Assembly: GCA_002772895.1 (NCBI GenBank)
Contig: PFCS01000050.1
Span: 6,728-70,727 of the forward strand
DNA length: 64,000 nucleotides
Direction of reading: 5' to 3'
From: Parcubacteria group bacterium CG10_big_fil_rev_8_21_14_0_10_36_14
GTDB lineage: Bacteria; Patescibacteriota; Patescibacteriia; GCA-002772895
The notes under the pieces are model-generated. The model ran no database searches, was not told where the DNA came from, and saw nothing but the letters and a program-made list of their open reading frames with translations. Each line of letters starts with the position of its first letter. Position 1 is the first letter of the stretch. This document shows, piece after piece, positions 45,172-54,709 of the stretch. Both the position numbers and the translations under genes were made by a program.

Positions 45172-45918
45172 TTATTTCTTTGTAATTAAATATAGAGTGT
45201 CTCTTCTCGATTGAAAAATCTCTGACAATAACCAACTTAAAAATTTTGGAAATTTTTTAAAATTAAACATCCATTGTTTTTTAAAATAAGTATTATGCAT
45301 ATGGACTTCCATGTCTTTAAATCCAACAATCTTTGCCATTTTCTTTAATTCATCCGCAGTAAATTCTCTAGTATGTCCATACGGCTGACCGTTCACGAAA
45401 AAATCATCAAAATCCCAATATACGCTTTTTCCAAACAAAAATCTTGCTTGTTTTAAAAAAGTCGCCAAATTAGGAGTTGATAAAACCAAGATCCCGCCCG
45501 GCTTAAGAGTTTTATATATTTTTTCTAAAAATCTTTTTTGACTATAGCCTAAATGTTCTATAACGTTTTCAGAAATAATCGCATCATAAGTTCCCTCTTC
45601 TAAACTACAATCAAAAAGATCTTCCACTTTTATATCCAATCCAAACTTTTGCCACAAGTCTTCTACGCCCTCTATCCCCCATTCTTCCAAAATGTACTTA
45701 TCAATCCCACTTGTTTTTGCTCCTAATAAATTTAAGGTATGTACCAAGATACCGAGACCACTTCCAACTTCTAATATTTTTTTATTTTCAAAACTACCCA
45801 TCCTTTCCTTGAATAAAGACAGTGTATTCAAGTGCTCCTTCTCCTCTTTTTTCCATCTTTTAGAAAGAGGCGATAAATCATGATACGATTTTTCTAATTT
45901 TATTTTAAAATCTTCCAT
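45172..45918 (-). CDS. Class I SAM-dependent methyltransferase.
   Basis: ILEVGSGLGILVHTL (motif I), ...AIISENVIEHLG...LKPGGILVLSTPN. Confidence 0.75.
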   Translation of the reverse strand: MEDFKIKLEKSYHDLSPLSKRWKKEEKEHLNTLSLFKERMGSFENKKILEVGSGLGILVHTLNLLGAKTSGIDKYILEEWGIEGVEDLWQKFGLDIKVEDLFDCSLEEGTYDAIISENVIEHLGYSQKRFLEKIYKTLKPGGILVLSTPNLATFLKQARFLFGKSVYWDFDDFFVNGQPYGHTREFTADELKKMAKIVGFKDMEVHMHNTYFKKQWMFNFKKFPKFLSWLLSEIFQSRRDTLYLITKK

Positions 45919-45919
45919 A

Positions 45920-46924
45920 TTAATTTCCTGCTTTTATATATTCTCCCATTTTTTTAACAAGCGACTCTAAAGAATGATTTTCTTTAACAATTTTGCGCGA
46001 TTCTTCTATCGATAAAAAATTAATATTTTTTATATATTCTGCAATCGCTTCCGGCGTTTCTTCTTTTGGAAAATCCGGTAATCCAATCGCTCTGGCATTG
46101 TTTGACGTTGTTACTACTTGCAGTCCGGCAAGCATCGCCTCTATCATTGTTTTATCAATAGTTTCTAAAGCCATATTTACCATAATCTGATATTGAGGAT
46201 ATATTTTTAAAAGTTCGGGCATTGGCACAGAACCCATCAGTTTTACCCTATCTACAAGATTTAATTCTTTAATTAAATCCTTTATTTCTTTTGCATAGTT
46301 ATCCTCTAATTCACGACCATAAACTGTTAGGGTGTATTCATCAGGTAAAAATTTTAGCGCTTTTATTACCAAGTCGAGACGTTTTGAGCGACATACCCTG
46401 TGTATCGATAAGAGTTCTGTCTTTGCCCTTCTCTCGTTCTGAGGCGTAGCATTAAAATCCCAAAAACGCATGTCTATCCCATGTCCAGTAACTATCTTTT
46501 TAGGATCTCCTTCATACTGAGGCATACTATTTTTTGTTGCGCAAAAAAGACGTTTACAAAGCCAATGACTAACTCGTAAAGGAAAATGCATTGTATAATG
46601 GGTGTACCATAAATAAACAGGGGTATTTTTTATCCGCCAAAATAAAGCACCGGGTACAATCCATTTTGGATTCATATGAACAAATACCCTATCATAATCA
46701 AGGCTTAAAATAAGTTTTAAAAATATCAGCATTGACTTAAACTTACTAAATCCTTTTTCACGGCCTAAAGAATAAACTGGAAAATTGTCAGTATAAACCT
46801 CTTTCTCATGACAAATAACACTTATGTCAAAGCCTTGGCGTATAAACTCTTTCACCCAAAGAGAAGCGAATGCAAAATCATCATCTCGCTCATGTATCTT
46901 TGTGGTTATAAATAAAAGTTTCAT
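45920..46924 (-). CDS. Glycosyltransferase, GT-B fold (GT4/GT1-like).
   Basis: C-terminal half ...LLSIHRVCRSKRLDLVIKALKFLPDEYTLTVYG...MIEAMLAGLQVVTT matches GT4 C-domain topology. 334 aa. Confidence 0.65.
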   Translation of the reverse strand: MKLLFITTKIHERDDDFAFASLWVKEFIRQGFDISVICHEKEVYTDNFPVYSLGREKGFSKFKSMLIFLKLILSLDYDRVFVHMNPKWIVPGALFWRIKNTPVYLWYTHYTMHFPLRVSHWLCKRLFCATKNSMPQYEGDPKKIVTGHGIDMRFWDFNATPQNERRAKTELLSIHRVCRSKRLDLVIKALKFLPDEYTLTVYGRELEDNYAKEIKDLIKELNLVDRVKLMGSVPMPELLKIYPQYQIMVNMALETIDKTMIEAMLAGLQVVTTSNNARAIGLPDFPKEETPEAIAEYIKNINFLSIEESRKIVKENHSLESLVKKMGEYIKAGN

Positions 46925-48009
46925 ATATTAAGATGTTCGGCTAATATGCCCATTATCCTTTTGCTTGCATTACCATCCCAGCCCATTATTTCTCCTTCTC
47001 TTTTTTTCCACTCACCATTCAAAACTCTTCCCACAGCTTCAAATATTTTTTCTTTATCTCTTCCCACAACTTCATTTGTTCCAAGTTCGCAAGTTACCGG
47101 TCTTTCTGTTTCTTCGCGTAAAGTAATACATGGCACATTAAAAATAGTCGTCTCTTCCTGTATTCCGCCGGAATCAGTTAAAACGAATTCGGCATTTTTT
47201 TGTAAATTTATGAAATCCAAATATGGTTGAGGTCCTAGAATAGTAAAATTTGCAGTCAAATTAAAATCTTTTAACGCTTTTTCTGTTCTAGGATGAAGCG
47301 GACAAATAACGGGTATACTTTTATTTATTTCATTGATAGCAAAAAGTAATTCTGCCAGATGTTTACCATCGCTTACGTTTTCCGTGCGATGCAAAGTTAA
47401 CAAAGCATAACCTTTCGGAGTTAAAGAATTTTTCACAAGAGCATCAGACCTCTCAGATAAATCACCAAAATGTAAAAGTGTATCAATCATCACGTTACCA
47501 CTAAAAAATACTTTATCCTCTGTAATGCCCTCTGCTTTCAAATTATTAACAGCGCTATTTTCGGTTACAAAAAGAAAATCTGACAGATGGTCTGTCATAA
47601 CTCTATTTGCTTCTTCCGGCATTTTCCAATTAAAACTACGGAGTCCTGCTTCAACGTGGGCGACTGGAACATTTTCACTGGCTCCAGCCAAGGCTCCTGC
47701 TAAAGTAGAATTAACATCTCCGACAACAACTATCAAATCCGGTTTTAATGCTCTGATATATAAAGAAAGCATTTTTAAGGTCTTACCGATCTGCTCCCTT
47801 CTCGATCCAGAGCCTATGCCCAAGTTTGCCAAAGGTCTTGGCATTTTGAACTCTCTAAAAAATACTTCCGAAAGTTCGTCATCATAATGCTGTCCCGTAT
47901 GTATTATTCCTATTTGCAACTTATCCGCATATAAAGAAGCCGCCCTTGTAAGGGCAGATATCTTCATAAAATTAGGTCTGGCTCCAGCTATAAATAGGAT
48001 TTTCTTCAT
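46921..48009 (-). CDS. wecB: UDP-N-acetylglucosamine 2-epimerase, non-hydrolysing (WecB/MnaA family).
   Basis: MKKILFIAGARPNFMKISALTRAA...IHTGQHYDDELSEVFF...DLIVVVGDVNSTLAGALAGASENVPVAHVEAGLRSFN is the WecB signature. 362 aa. Confidence 0.85.
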   Translation of the reverse strand: MKKILFIAGARPNFMKISALTRAASLYADKLQIGIIHTGQHYDDELSEVFFREFKMPRPLANLGIGSGSRREQIGKTLKMLSLYIRALKPDLIVVVGDVNSTLAGALAGASENVPVAHVEAGLRSFNWKMPEEANRVMTDHLSDFLFVTENSAVNNLKAEGITEDKVFFSGNVMIDTLLHFGDLSERSDALVKNSLTPKGYALLTLHRTENVSDGKHLAELLFAINEINKSIPVICPLHPRTEKALKDFNLTANFTILGPQPYLDFINLQKNAEFVLTDSGGIQEETTIFNVPCITLREETERPVTCELGTNEVVGRDKEKIFEAVGRVLNGEWKKREGEIMGWDGNASKRIMGILAEHLNI

Positions 48010-48070
48010 AATTCGAAAAAATTATTATTATAATATAATAGAGGAAAAAGGGCAAAAAGTCAATATTTGT

Positions 48071-49198
48071 CTAATTTTCCACAAATTTTAAAATATTTTC
48101 CGCTCTATTATCCCAAGAAAACCATTTTGCGAATGTCTCAGTATCTCTTACCGAGCCTGAATACTTTTCATAATTTGATAATACTTCTTCTATCTTATTA
48201 CTCAAATCATCTGGATTGTCCGGTTCAAAAAAAACAACCTCTTTTTCACTCACCACCTCCCTTATGGATGGTAAATCAGACGCAATCACCGGTTTACCAG
48301 AAGCCATATATTCAAAAAGTTTTAGAGGTGAAGTCTCGCGTAAAGAAATACGTTCTCTGGCAGTATTTGGCAAAACTAAAACATCTGACGCTCTTAAAAA
48401 ATAAGGTATCTTTTTATATTCTTGGTGCCCTAATATCAAAGTAGCATCATCGTTACCAAAATCTTCACGAAATTTTTTTTCATCTTCCCTTGTGCCACCA
48501 ACAAAGACAGTCAAAACATCTCTGCTCATTTTTCTTGCCGCCTTCCCAAGTGTTTCCGCCCCCTTCCAAGAATACAGGTGTCCTGTATATAAAACTATTT
48601 TTTTATCTTCTGGTAAATTCAATATCTTTCTGGCTTCAGCTTTATTTTCTTTAATATTGAAAAAATCAAAATCAACTCGATTTGTTGCTACTAATATTTT
48701 TCCTTCATTAATGCCAAAGCTATTTATCAACTCCTGCTTTTTAAAAGCGTTAGTTGTGATAAATTTATAAATTTTTTTAAATGCAAATCTTGTTATTTGA
48801 TGCTGATTTGGAGAATCGTGTATTTCATACACTACTTTTTTTCCAAATAAAGATAGAAAAAAGCTTGACCAAAAATCACGGCTAAAAAATAAATCAGCTT
48901 GAGAAAAAGCCAATCTTAAAGAAACAAAAATCGCAAAAGAAATATTCTGAAAATAAAAGGCAGCTCTACCAAAAAGCCATTGCATCGGCAAAAAATCCAA
49001 AGAAAATATTTTTTTAATTTTAAAATTCTTTTCTACACCATAAAAATCAAATGGATTTTTTTTAATATAATTAATCCGCCAAGGCGACCACAAAACAACC
49101 TGGTGCTTTTTGCCCCAGGCCTCGCACATTTTCATAATTTGTCCGCCATGCGCCTTTTCGGTCGGCATCCTGACATTAGCGATATAAAAAATCTTCAT
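48071..49198 (-). CDS. Glycosyltransferase, GT4.
   Basis: ...VLYTGHLYSWKGAETLGKAARKM... and ...LFEYMASGKPVIASDLPSIREVV...FFEPDNPDDL (the E-x7-E region). Confidence 0.8.
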   Translation of the reverse strand: MKIFYIANVRMPTEKAHGGQIMKMCEAWGKKHQVVLWSPWRINYIKKNPFDFYGVEKNFKIKKIFSLDFLPMQWLFGRAAFYFQNISFAIFVSLRLAFSQADLFFSRDFWSSFFLSLFGKKVVYEIHDSPNQHQITRFAFKKIYKFITTNAFKKQELINSFGINEGKILVATNRVDFDFFNIKENKAEARKILNLPEDKKIVLYTGHLYSWKGAETLGKAARKMSRDVLTVFVGGTREDEKKFREDFGNDDATLILGHQEYKKIPYFLRASDVLVLPNTARERISLRETSPLKLFEYMASGKPVIASDLPSIREVVSEKEVVFFEPDNPDDLSNKIEEVLSNYEKYSGSVRDTETFAKWFSWDNRAENILKFVEN

Positions 49199-49208
49199 TT
49201 TGATTATA

Positions 49209-49943
49209 TTATAATTTTCTTATTCGTTTCCATTGCCTCAACATTTTATATATCCATATCATAAAAAATCCCGATGCGTAAAAATATAAATACCAGTCTA
49301 TATGCCCTATGAGAACGGCTATAATAAGCACAAAAAACATTCCCGTGCCGGTAAAAAAATTTCTGTATATTAAATAAAATATGTTTGTGGGTGCCTTTTT
49401 ATACTGGAGCCAACCGTAAGTCTTGCCTTGTTTTTCCGCGACAATCCTCTGCATTGCGTCATACCTAAACTCCGCAAGCCGAAATAAAAGCTTTGATACA
49501 GTCGCTATAAGGGTGGCTATTAAAGGCAGACGGTTTCCAAGAATCAATGACTGGCCGATACCTATCGGCAAAAAATAAAAGGCATACATTATGTCATGAC
49601 TTACCGGCTCTACATAAGCGCCACCTATATTTCCTCCTTGAGCGGATTTTTTATAGCGCGCAACTTCGCCGTCACAAGCATCCAATATGAATGATATGAA
49701 CATCAAAATAAGTCCAATTATATAAAAATTCACTCTTCCAAAAATAAATAGTGACACTCCTGACAAATAAAAAATAGTTCCAAGCGCTGTAATCTGATTT
49801 GGTGTAATAGGTGTATGGATAAAAACATGGGTAAAATAAATAGAAAAAATCCTGTTTATCCTACCCTCAATGCTTTGTGTTTGCCATGAAGGCGCGTATT
49901 CTGATTTTTGGCAAATCTTTCTAAGTTCTTTTATTCCCGACAT
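49209..49943 (-). CDS. CDP-alcohol phosphatidyltransferase-family membrane enzyme.
   Basis: LDACDGEVARYKKSAQGG...D matches the CDP-OH_P_transf D-x2-DG-x2-AR...G...D...D signature. About 6 TM helices. Confidence 0.6.
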   Translation of the reverse strand: MSGIKELRKICQKSEYAPSWQTQSIEGRINRIFSIYFTHVFIHTPITPNQITALGTIFYLSGVSLFIFGRVNFYIIGLILMFISFILDACDGEVARYKKSAQGGNIGGAYVEPVSHDIMYAFYFLPIGIGQSLILGNRLPLIATLIATVSKLLFRLAEFRYDAMQRIVAEKQGKTYGWLQYKKAPTNIFYLIYRNFFTGTGMFFVLIIAVLIGHIDWYLYFYASGFFMIWIYKMLRQWKRIRKL

Positions 49944-49954
49944 AAAAAAATAGA

Positions 49955-50572
49955 TTATTTTTTTAAAAGATAAAAATGTTTTGTCGGCACATCATATGGC
50001 GTAAAACTTTTTTCTATTTTCCAGCCTGTCGCTTTTATCCGACTCTCTACCCGCTTTAACGGATATCTTCTTCTACCCGGCTCCCAATAGTGCTGACCGT
50101 CAAATTTATGCGCTTTCATTGCCGGCATTTTTAAAAATAATTTTAACGGCGGTAAAAACGGTTTTTTCAAATAAAAATTACAAAGTGTTCTCCTTGCATC
50201 AGGAAGAGAAATAATCGCCCATTTTTTGGAAACCCTTGCCATTTCTTTAAGGCAAGCGTCAAATTTTTCAAACGGCAAATGTTCCAAAACCTCAGCCGCC
50301 AGCACGCAATCAACCGTTTCTCCTTCCATTGGTATTTTTTCTACCGACCCGACAAAATCCGGTTCAAGTCCTTTGTCTATATCCAGAGCCAAAACCGATT
50401 TGCCGGCTTTTTTTAAATAATCCTTTACAATCCCATTACCAATGCCAACTTCCAAAACAGACCTTGCGTCTATCTCTAATGCTAAATCTATCTGATACCA
50501 ATAAGAAAGCCATCGTGCCTTATGGTTATAGCGTCTATTAAAATAATGATTTTTTTCTACTTGCAAATCCAT
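49955..50572 (-). CDS. Class I SAM-dependent methyltransferase.
   Basis: VLEVGIGNGIVKDYLKKAGKSVLALDID and ...VDCVLAAEVLEHLPFEKF... Confidence 0.7.
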   Translation of the reverse strand: MDLQVEKNHYFNRRYNHKARWLSYWYQIDLALEIDARSVLEVGIGNGIVKDYLKKAGKSVLALDIDKGLEPDFVGSVEKIPMEGETVDCVLAAEVLEHLPFEKFDACLKEMARVSKKWAIISLPDARRTLCNFYLKKPFLPPLKLFLKMPAMKAHKFDGQHYWEPGRRRYPLKRVESRIKATGWKIEKSFTPYDVPTKHFYLLKK

Positions 50573-50575
50573 GAG

Positions 50576-51679
50576 TTACTTTTGATATAATTCTTTTAAA
50601 AGTCCGGCAACATATTTTATCTGTTCTTCTCTAAGTTCAGGATACATCGGCAAAGACAAAATCTTCTTCGCAAGCCCTTCCGAAACCGGATAATCGCCAT
50701 TCTTCCAACCAAAATCTGCATAAGCTTCTTGCAAATGTACCGGTATTGGATAATGAATTCCGGAAAAAACATCATGCTTTTTTAAATAATCCACAAGCTC
50801 ATCTCTTTTTTCCGTCAAAATCACAAATAAATGATAATTATGCTTATTGTATTCTTCTTCTTTAATTATTTCCACTGGCAAGCCCGATAGATTCTCTCTA
50901 TATAATCTTGCATTTTTTCTTCTGGATTCTATCCAATTGTCCAGATACTTAAGCTTTAAACCTAAAACAGCACCCTGAAAGCCACTCATTCTAAAATTCC
51001 CCCCGATTACGCTATGTTTATATTTCTCCAGCGCACCATGATCGCGGATTAATTTTACTTTGCTTATTAAATCGGCATTATTTGAAGCAACTGCTCCGCC
51101 TTCTCCATATGCGCCAAGATTTTTTCCCGGATAAAAGCTAAAAGCACCCACATCGCCTATCGTACCGGCTTTCTTACCTTTATATTCGGCCCCATGAGCC
51201 TGACAAGCATCTTCTATCACAAATAATCCGCGTTCTTTCGCAATTCTTAAAATTTCATCCATATCGGCACACTGGCCGTATAAGTGAACAGGTATAATTG
51301 CTTTTGTTTTTTCTGTAATAGTACTCTCTAATTGTGAAACGTCCATAAGCGCGCTTTCTTTGCAAACATCAACAAAAACAGGTTTTGCACCGGTTAAGGA
51401 CACTGCCTCGGCTGTAGCTATAAAAGTATTCGGAACGGTTATTACTTCGTCTTCCGGACCTATACCTAACGCGCGTAAAGCGCAATAAAGGGCTGACGTA
51501 CCGGAATTTACACATGCCACGGCTTGCGCCCCCAGATAATCGGCAAAATCCCTTTCAAAATTAAAAACTGCCGGACCTTGAATAAAAGCGCAAGAATCTA
51601 AGATACCCTCCAATGCGCTTTTTATTTCCCCTTTCATCGGTTGATACTGTGCCTCTAAGTCTATAAATGGTACTTTCAT
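50576..51679 (-). CDS. PLP-dependent sugar aminotransferase, DegT/DnrJ/EryC1/StrS family (WbpE/ArnB-like).
   Basis: MKVPFIDLEAQYQPMKGEIKSALEGIL...AVACVNSGTSALYCALRALGIGPEDEVITVPNTFIATAEAV...AIIPVHLYGQ...FSFYPGKNL (catalytic Lys region). Start trimmed to MKVPFIDL. Confidence 0.85.
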   Translation of the reverse strand: MKVPFIDLEAQYQPMKGEIKSALEGILDSCAFIQGPAVFNFERDFADYLGAQAVACVNSGTSALYCALRALGIGPEDEVITVPNTFIATAEAVSLTGAKPVFVDVCKESALMDVSQLESTITEKTKAIIPVHLYGQCADMDEILRIAKERGLFVIEDACQAHGAEYKGKKAGTIGDVGAFSFYPGKNLGAYGEGGAVASNNADLISKVKLIRDHGALEKYKHSVIGGNFRMSGFQGAVLGLKLKYLDNWIESRRKNARLYRENLSGLPVEIIKEEEYNKHNYHLFVILTEKRDELVDYLKKHDVFSGIHYPIPVHLQEAYADFGWKNGDYPVSEGLAKKILSLPMYPELREEQIKYVAGLLKELYQK

Positions 51680-51687
51680 ATATTTTA

Positions 51688-52473
51688 TTATTTTTTTATG
51701 GCGTCTTTTGATAAAATCAAATGATAGCGCACAAACCTCCAAATAAATTTAATAGGTAAACTGTCTTTCGGATGCATAATTTTATCATATAGCGACTTTC
51801 GTAATATGTTTAGAGCTTTTAAAAAATTTATTACCGCTACTCTTGATCCTTTTCTAAAACCCAAACCGCTTCTTTTCTTTTTCATTATACTTAAATAATT
51901 ATTATCTTTTATAATACACTCATCATAAGTAGGCCATCCGCTTATTGCAGTTGATTTTAGATATACACTTTTTACATTTTCGGGAATTATCAGTGTTTCA
52001 TGAACAACTTTCTTGGGGTCAAAATGAATTCCGGTTTTAAGGTTAAACAACCTAGGATAATAATCCGGCATGAAAAAAGCGTATTTTATGATGCGTCCGC
52101 TTTTTAACAAAGGAGAACGTTGGATACATCCGATAATATTTTCATCCTCGGATTCGATAAAGCTGCTAATCTCATTTTCAAGCTCCGAAGTTATATATTC
52201 ATCAGAGTCTATGTCAAAAATCCAGTCATAGCGGGCAAAGGACAGTGCCCTATTCCTCATCTCGGCAAAATTTGAAATACGCACATTAGGCTCATTGGTA
52301 TCAACTTGCTTATAAACTGGGATATTATATTTTTTTGCTATTTCAAGGGTTTTATCCGTGCTGTTTCCATCAACAAGGTACACGTCATCAAAATTTATCA
52401 GGCTAGAAAGCAAACGCTCAAGCGTCTCCTCGTTATTTAATGTCAAAATTGGTACTGAACAAGCTATTTTCAT
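51688..52473 (-). CDS. Glycosyltransferase family 2-like protein.
   Basis: MKIACSVPILTLNNEETLERLLSSL...VYLVDGNSTDKTLEIAKKY...DIDSDE is a GT2-type N-terminal fold with a DxD/DxSDE motif. Start trimmed to MKIACS. Confidence 0.55.
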   Translation of the reverse strand: MKIACSVPILTLNNEETLERLLSSLINFDDVYLVDGNSTDKTLEIAKKYNIPVYKQVDTNEPNVRISNFAEMRNRALSFARYDWIFDIDSDEYITSELENEISSFIESEDENIIGCIQRSPLLKSGRIIKYAFFMPDYYPRLFNLKTGIHFDPKKVVHETLIIPENVKSVYLKSTAISGWPTYDECIIKDNNYLSIMKKKRSGLGFRKGSRVAVINFLKALNILRKSLYDKIMHPKDSLPIKFIWRFVRYHLILSKDAIKK

Positions 52474-53189
52474 AAAGTTGCAAAGACATAAATTTCTGCA
52501 CACAATTCTGCAGGAATATCTTTACTTACATTATACAAAGCGCTAATCATTTTTGGCTCTAATCCATTCAATTGACTATTAGATAACATCTTAAGAAAAA
52601 AACCGCCTTTTTTCTTTATTTGCCAACCAGCACCTTCAATATCAGCAACAAGGCTCTTCATGTCATAAATTCTCTGATGACAAAACTTTATATCGCGTTC
52701 ATTAAATTCATATAAATTTTCTAACATACCCATTTCCTTTCCGATTTGACGATGAAGAGATTGTGCATTTGGAACATTAATATATATCATACCATCTTCT
52801 TTAATTAAATTTTTATATTTTTTTAATAACTCTACAGGCTCATCAACTTCGTGCAACATACTAGAAAAAATAATTGCATCATATTTTTTATTCGATTCGA
52901 AATCAATAAATAGCGAATGATTAAATTTAATGGCTTCTGCCTTAGCTCCTAATTTTTTTTTCGTTGCTAAAATATAATGTTCGCCGCCTTCTACAACCTC
53001 TAAGGATTTACTAATTTCTAAAAGATTCTTAGTCATTAATCCGTTTGCGCACCCAAGCTCTAATGCATCTCCTAAATTTGGATAATTTTCTTGTAAACAT
53101 CTAAAACGAAAATCAATAAAATAGCGATCAAAATCAACTTCCGTATTATAACACCCTGCATATTTATTTATTGAATCTTTAGTCTGCAT
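52470..53189 (-). CDS. Class I SAM-dependent methyltransferase.
   Basis: ALELGCANGLMTKNLLEI (motif I), ...AIIFSSMLHEVDEPVELL...GMIYINVPN. Confidence 0.75.
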   Translation of the reverse strand: MQTKDSINKYAGCYNTEVDFDRYFIDFRFRCLQENYPNLGDALELGCANGLMTKNLLEISKSLEVVEGGEHYILATKKKLGAKAEAIKFNHSLFIDFESNKKYDAIIFSSMLHEVDEPVELLKKYKNLIKEDGMIYINVPNAQSLHRQIGKEMGMLENLYEFNERDIKFCHQRIYDMKSLVADIEGAGWQIKKKGGFFLKMLSNSQLNGLEPKMISALYNVSKDIPAELCAEIYVFATL

Positions 53190-53190
53190 A

Positions 53191-54708
53191 TTATTTTATC
53201 CATTTTTCTTCTGGATGGTCATTTCTATTTTTTTTAGTTTGGGTTATTTCAATAAAATATTCCGGCAAGCGCACTCCGCATCCTTCCCTATACAAGGATC
53301 GTAAAGCTCCGTAAATATAATTTAAATGGCGCTCATTTAAGTTCTGATGGATTGGGAAAAAACATGCGTTATTATGATAATAAGCTCCGCATTCAATTCC
53401 AAAATGCCTGAGCCTGCCACTTACTTCAAGCATTTTTTCGTGGCTTCCAACCCTCAACATCAGCGCTGCCGGCACTTCGCCCAACTTTAATTCAAAAAAA
53501 GTTTCGAAACCTTCTTCTTTTGCCAGCTTTTCTAAATATCTATAATTATACAACCTCTTTTCCGCCGCTTCATCTTCTCCTTTTATAAATGCGGAAAGTT
53601 GTTCTTTTATTACCTCCCTTTTCTTAACGTCCAAACAATAAAAATTATCCCATATTTCCTTATCACTAAAGGACACGCCGACTAAAATACCTCCGTATTG
53701 GACGGGAAAAAATTTTGGAAAAGAATAAATTACATAATCGCCATATTGCCCGGCATCTCCGCTATTCCATGCATATGCACAGTCCTCAATAAGAGGCCAG
53801 CCATGTTCTTTGCACATTTGTTTTATCTCTTTTCGTTTGGGATGCAAAAAACCAAACTCATGTATTAAAATAACCGCTTTTGTCTTACTGGATATTTTGC
53901 GCGACCAGGAACATACCTCTTCTACGGTTGTGGAAACTCCGATAGACAAATAAGGTGATCCTGTTGTCGTGGTAATGAATACCTCATCATCCTGTTTTAG
54001 TCCTAAATATTTTAATACTGCAAAGATAGCATACTTTCCGCGAGGAAAATATGTAAAAGGCTTATGATCAAATTTTTCGCCAAGCTTTTTATCGACATCA
54101 ATACCGTTATCAGGCATTGACCCAAGACTACTGGTATCAAAAGGGGTTATGTCTATTTGGGGGATTAAGTCGGGCGCATGGAAAATAGTAGGATACTCGT
54201 ATGTCGCCCAATTTTTAAAAAACTCTTGCAAGGATGGCTTAAAAGAACACCCTATATCAAGATATCTAAATTTTGAGTTATGGTATTGCTCTACAATATT
54301 CCATATCATCAAACTAGGAATCCCAAACTTTTTTGCCTCTTCATTGGCGCCATTAAACCATAAAAATAATATATTATCCACTTCGCCGACAATCGTTCCT
54401 GCAACAAATTTACCATTTAAATAAGCAAACCATCCGCGCCAATTATCTTTAAACCCCCCTCCACCTAAATTCAAATCTGAATCTTGCGGATTGTACCATA
54501 CTGTCCGAAAGAGGTCTATGTCGCTTTTTGTACCTGCAACTTTTTTTATTTCCAAACCGCTTAAATTTTTGGCCTTTACTATTGAGCGCTTTGCTCTGCG
54601 AGAAATCCTATCCCAAGCCAGCTCTTTATTCAGAATTAAAGAGCTACCAAAAGACAGACAGTCCTTTCCAATATATTTTTTTTGGAATATATCGCGCTTG
54701 CCGGGCAT
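53191..54708 (-). CDS. Two-domain protein: N-terminal FemAB/GNAT-like (Acetyltransf_6-type) domain fused to a C-terminal DegT-like PLP-fold (aminotransferase-like) domain.
   Basis: N-terminal FVAGTIVGEVDNILFLWFNGANEEAKKFGIPSLMIWNIVEQY...RYLDIGCSFKPSLQEFFKNWATYEY is FemAB-like. C-terminal GKYAIFAVLKYLGLKQDDEVFITTTTGSPYLSIGVSTTVEEV...KTKAVILIHEFGF...LIEDCAYAWNSG...YGDYVIYSFPKFFPVQYGGILVG parallels DegT motifs (DEVI, TKAIipVHlyG, IEDaAqA, SFxxxK). Confidence 0.45.
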   Translation of the reverse strand: MPGKRDIFQKKYIGKDCLSFGSSLILNKELAWDRISRRAKRSIVKAKNLSGLEIKKVAGTKSDIDLFRTVWYNPQDSDLNLGGGGFKDNWRGWFAYLNGKFVAGTIVGEVDNILFLWFNGANEEAKKFGIPSLMIWNIVEQYHNSKFRYLDIGCSFKPSLQEFFKNWATYEYPTIFHAPDLIPQIDITPFDTSSLGSMPDNGIDVDKKLGEKFDHKPFTYFPRGKYAIFAVLKYLGLKQDDEVFITTTTGSPYLSIGVSTTVEEVCSWSRKISSKTKAVILIHEFGFLHPKRKEIKQMCKEHGWPLIEDCAYAWNSGDAGQYGDYVIYSFPKFFPVQYGGILVGVSFSDKEIWDNFYCLDVKKREVIKEQLSAFIKGEDEAAEKRLYNYRYLEKLAKEEGFETFFELKLGEVPAALMLRVGSHEKMLEVSGRLRHFGIECGAYYHNNACFFPIHQNLNERHLNYIYGALRSLYREGCGVRLPEYFIEITQTKKNRNDHPEEKWIK

Positions 54709-54709
54709 A

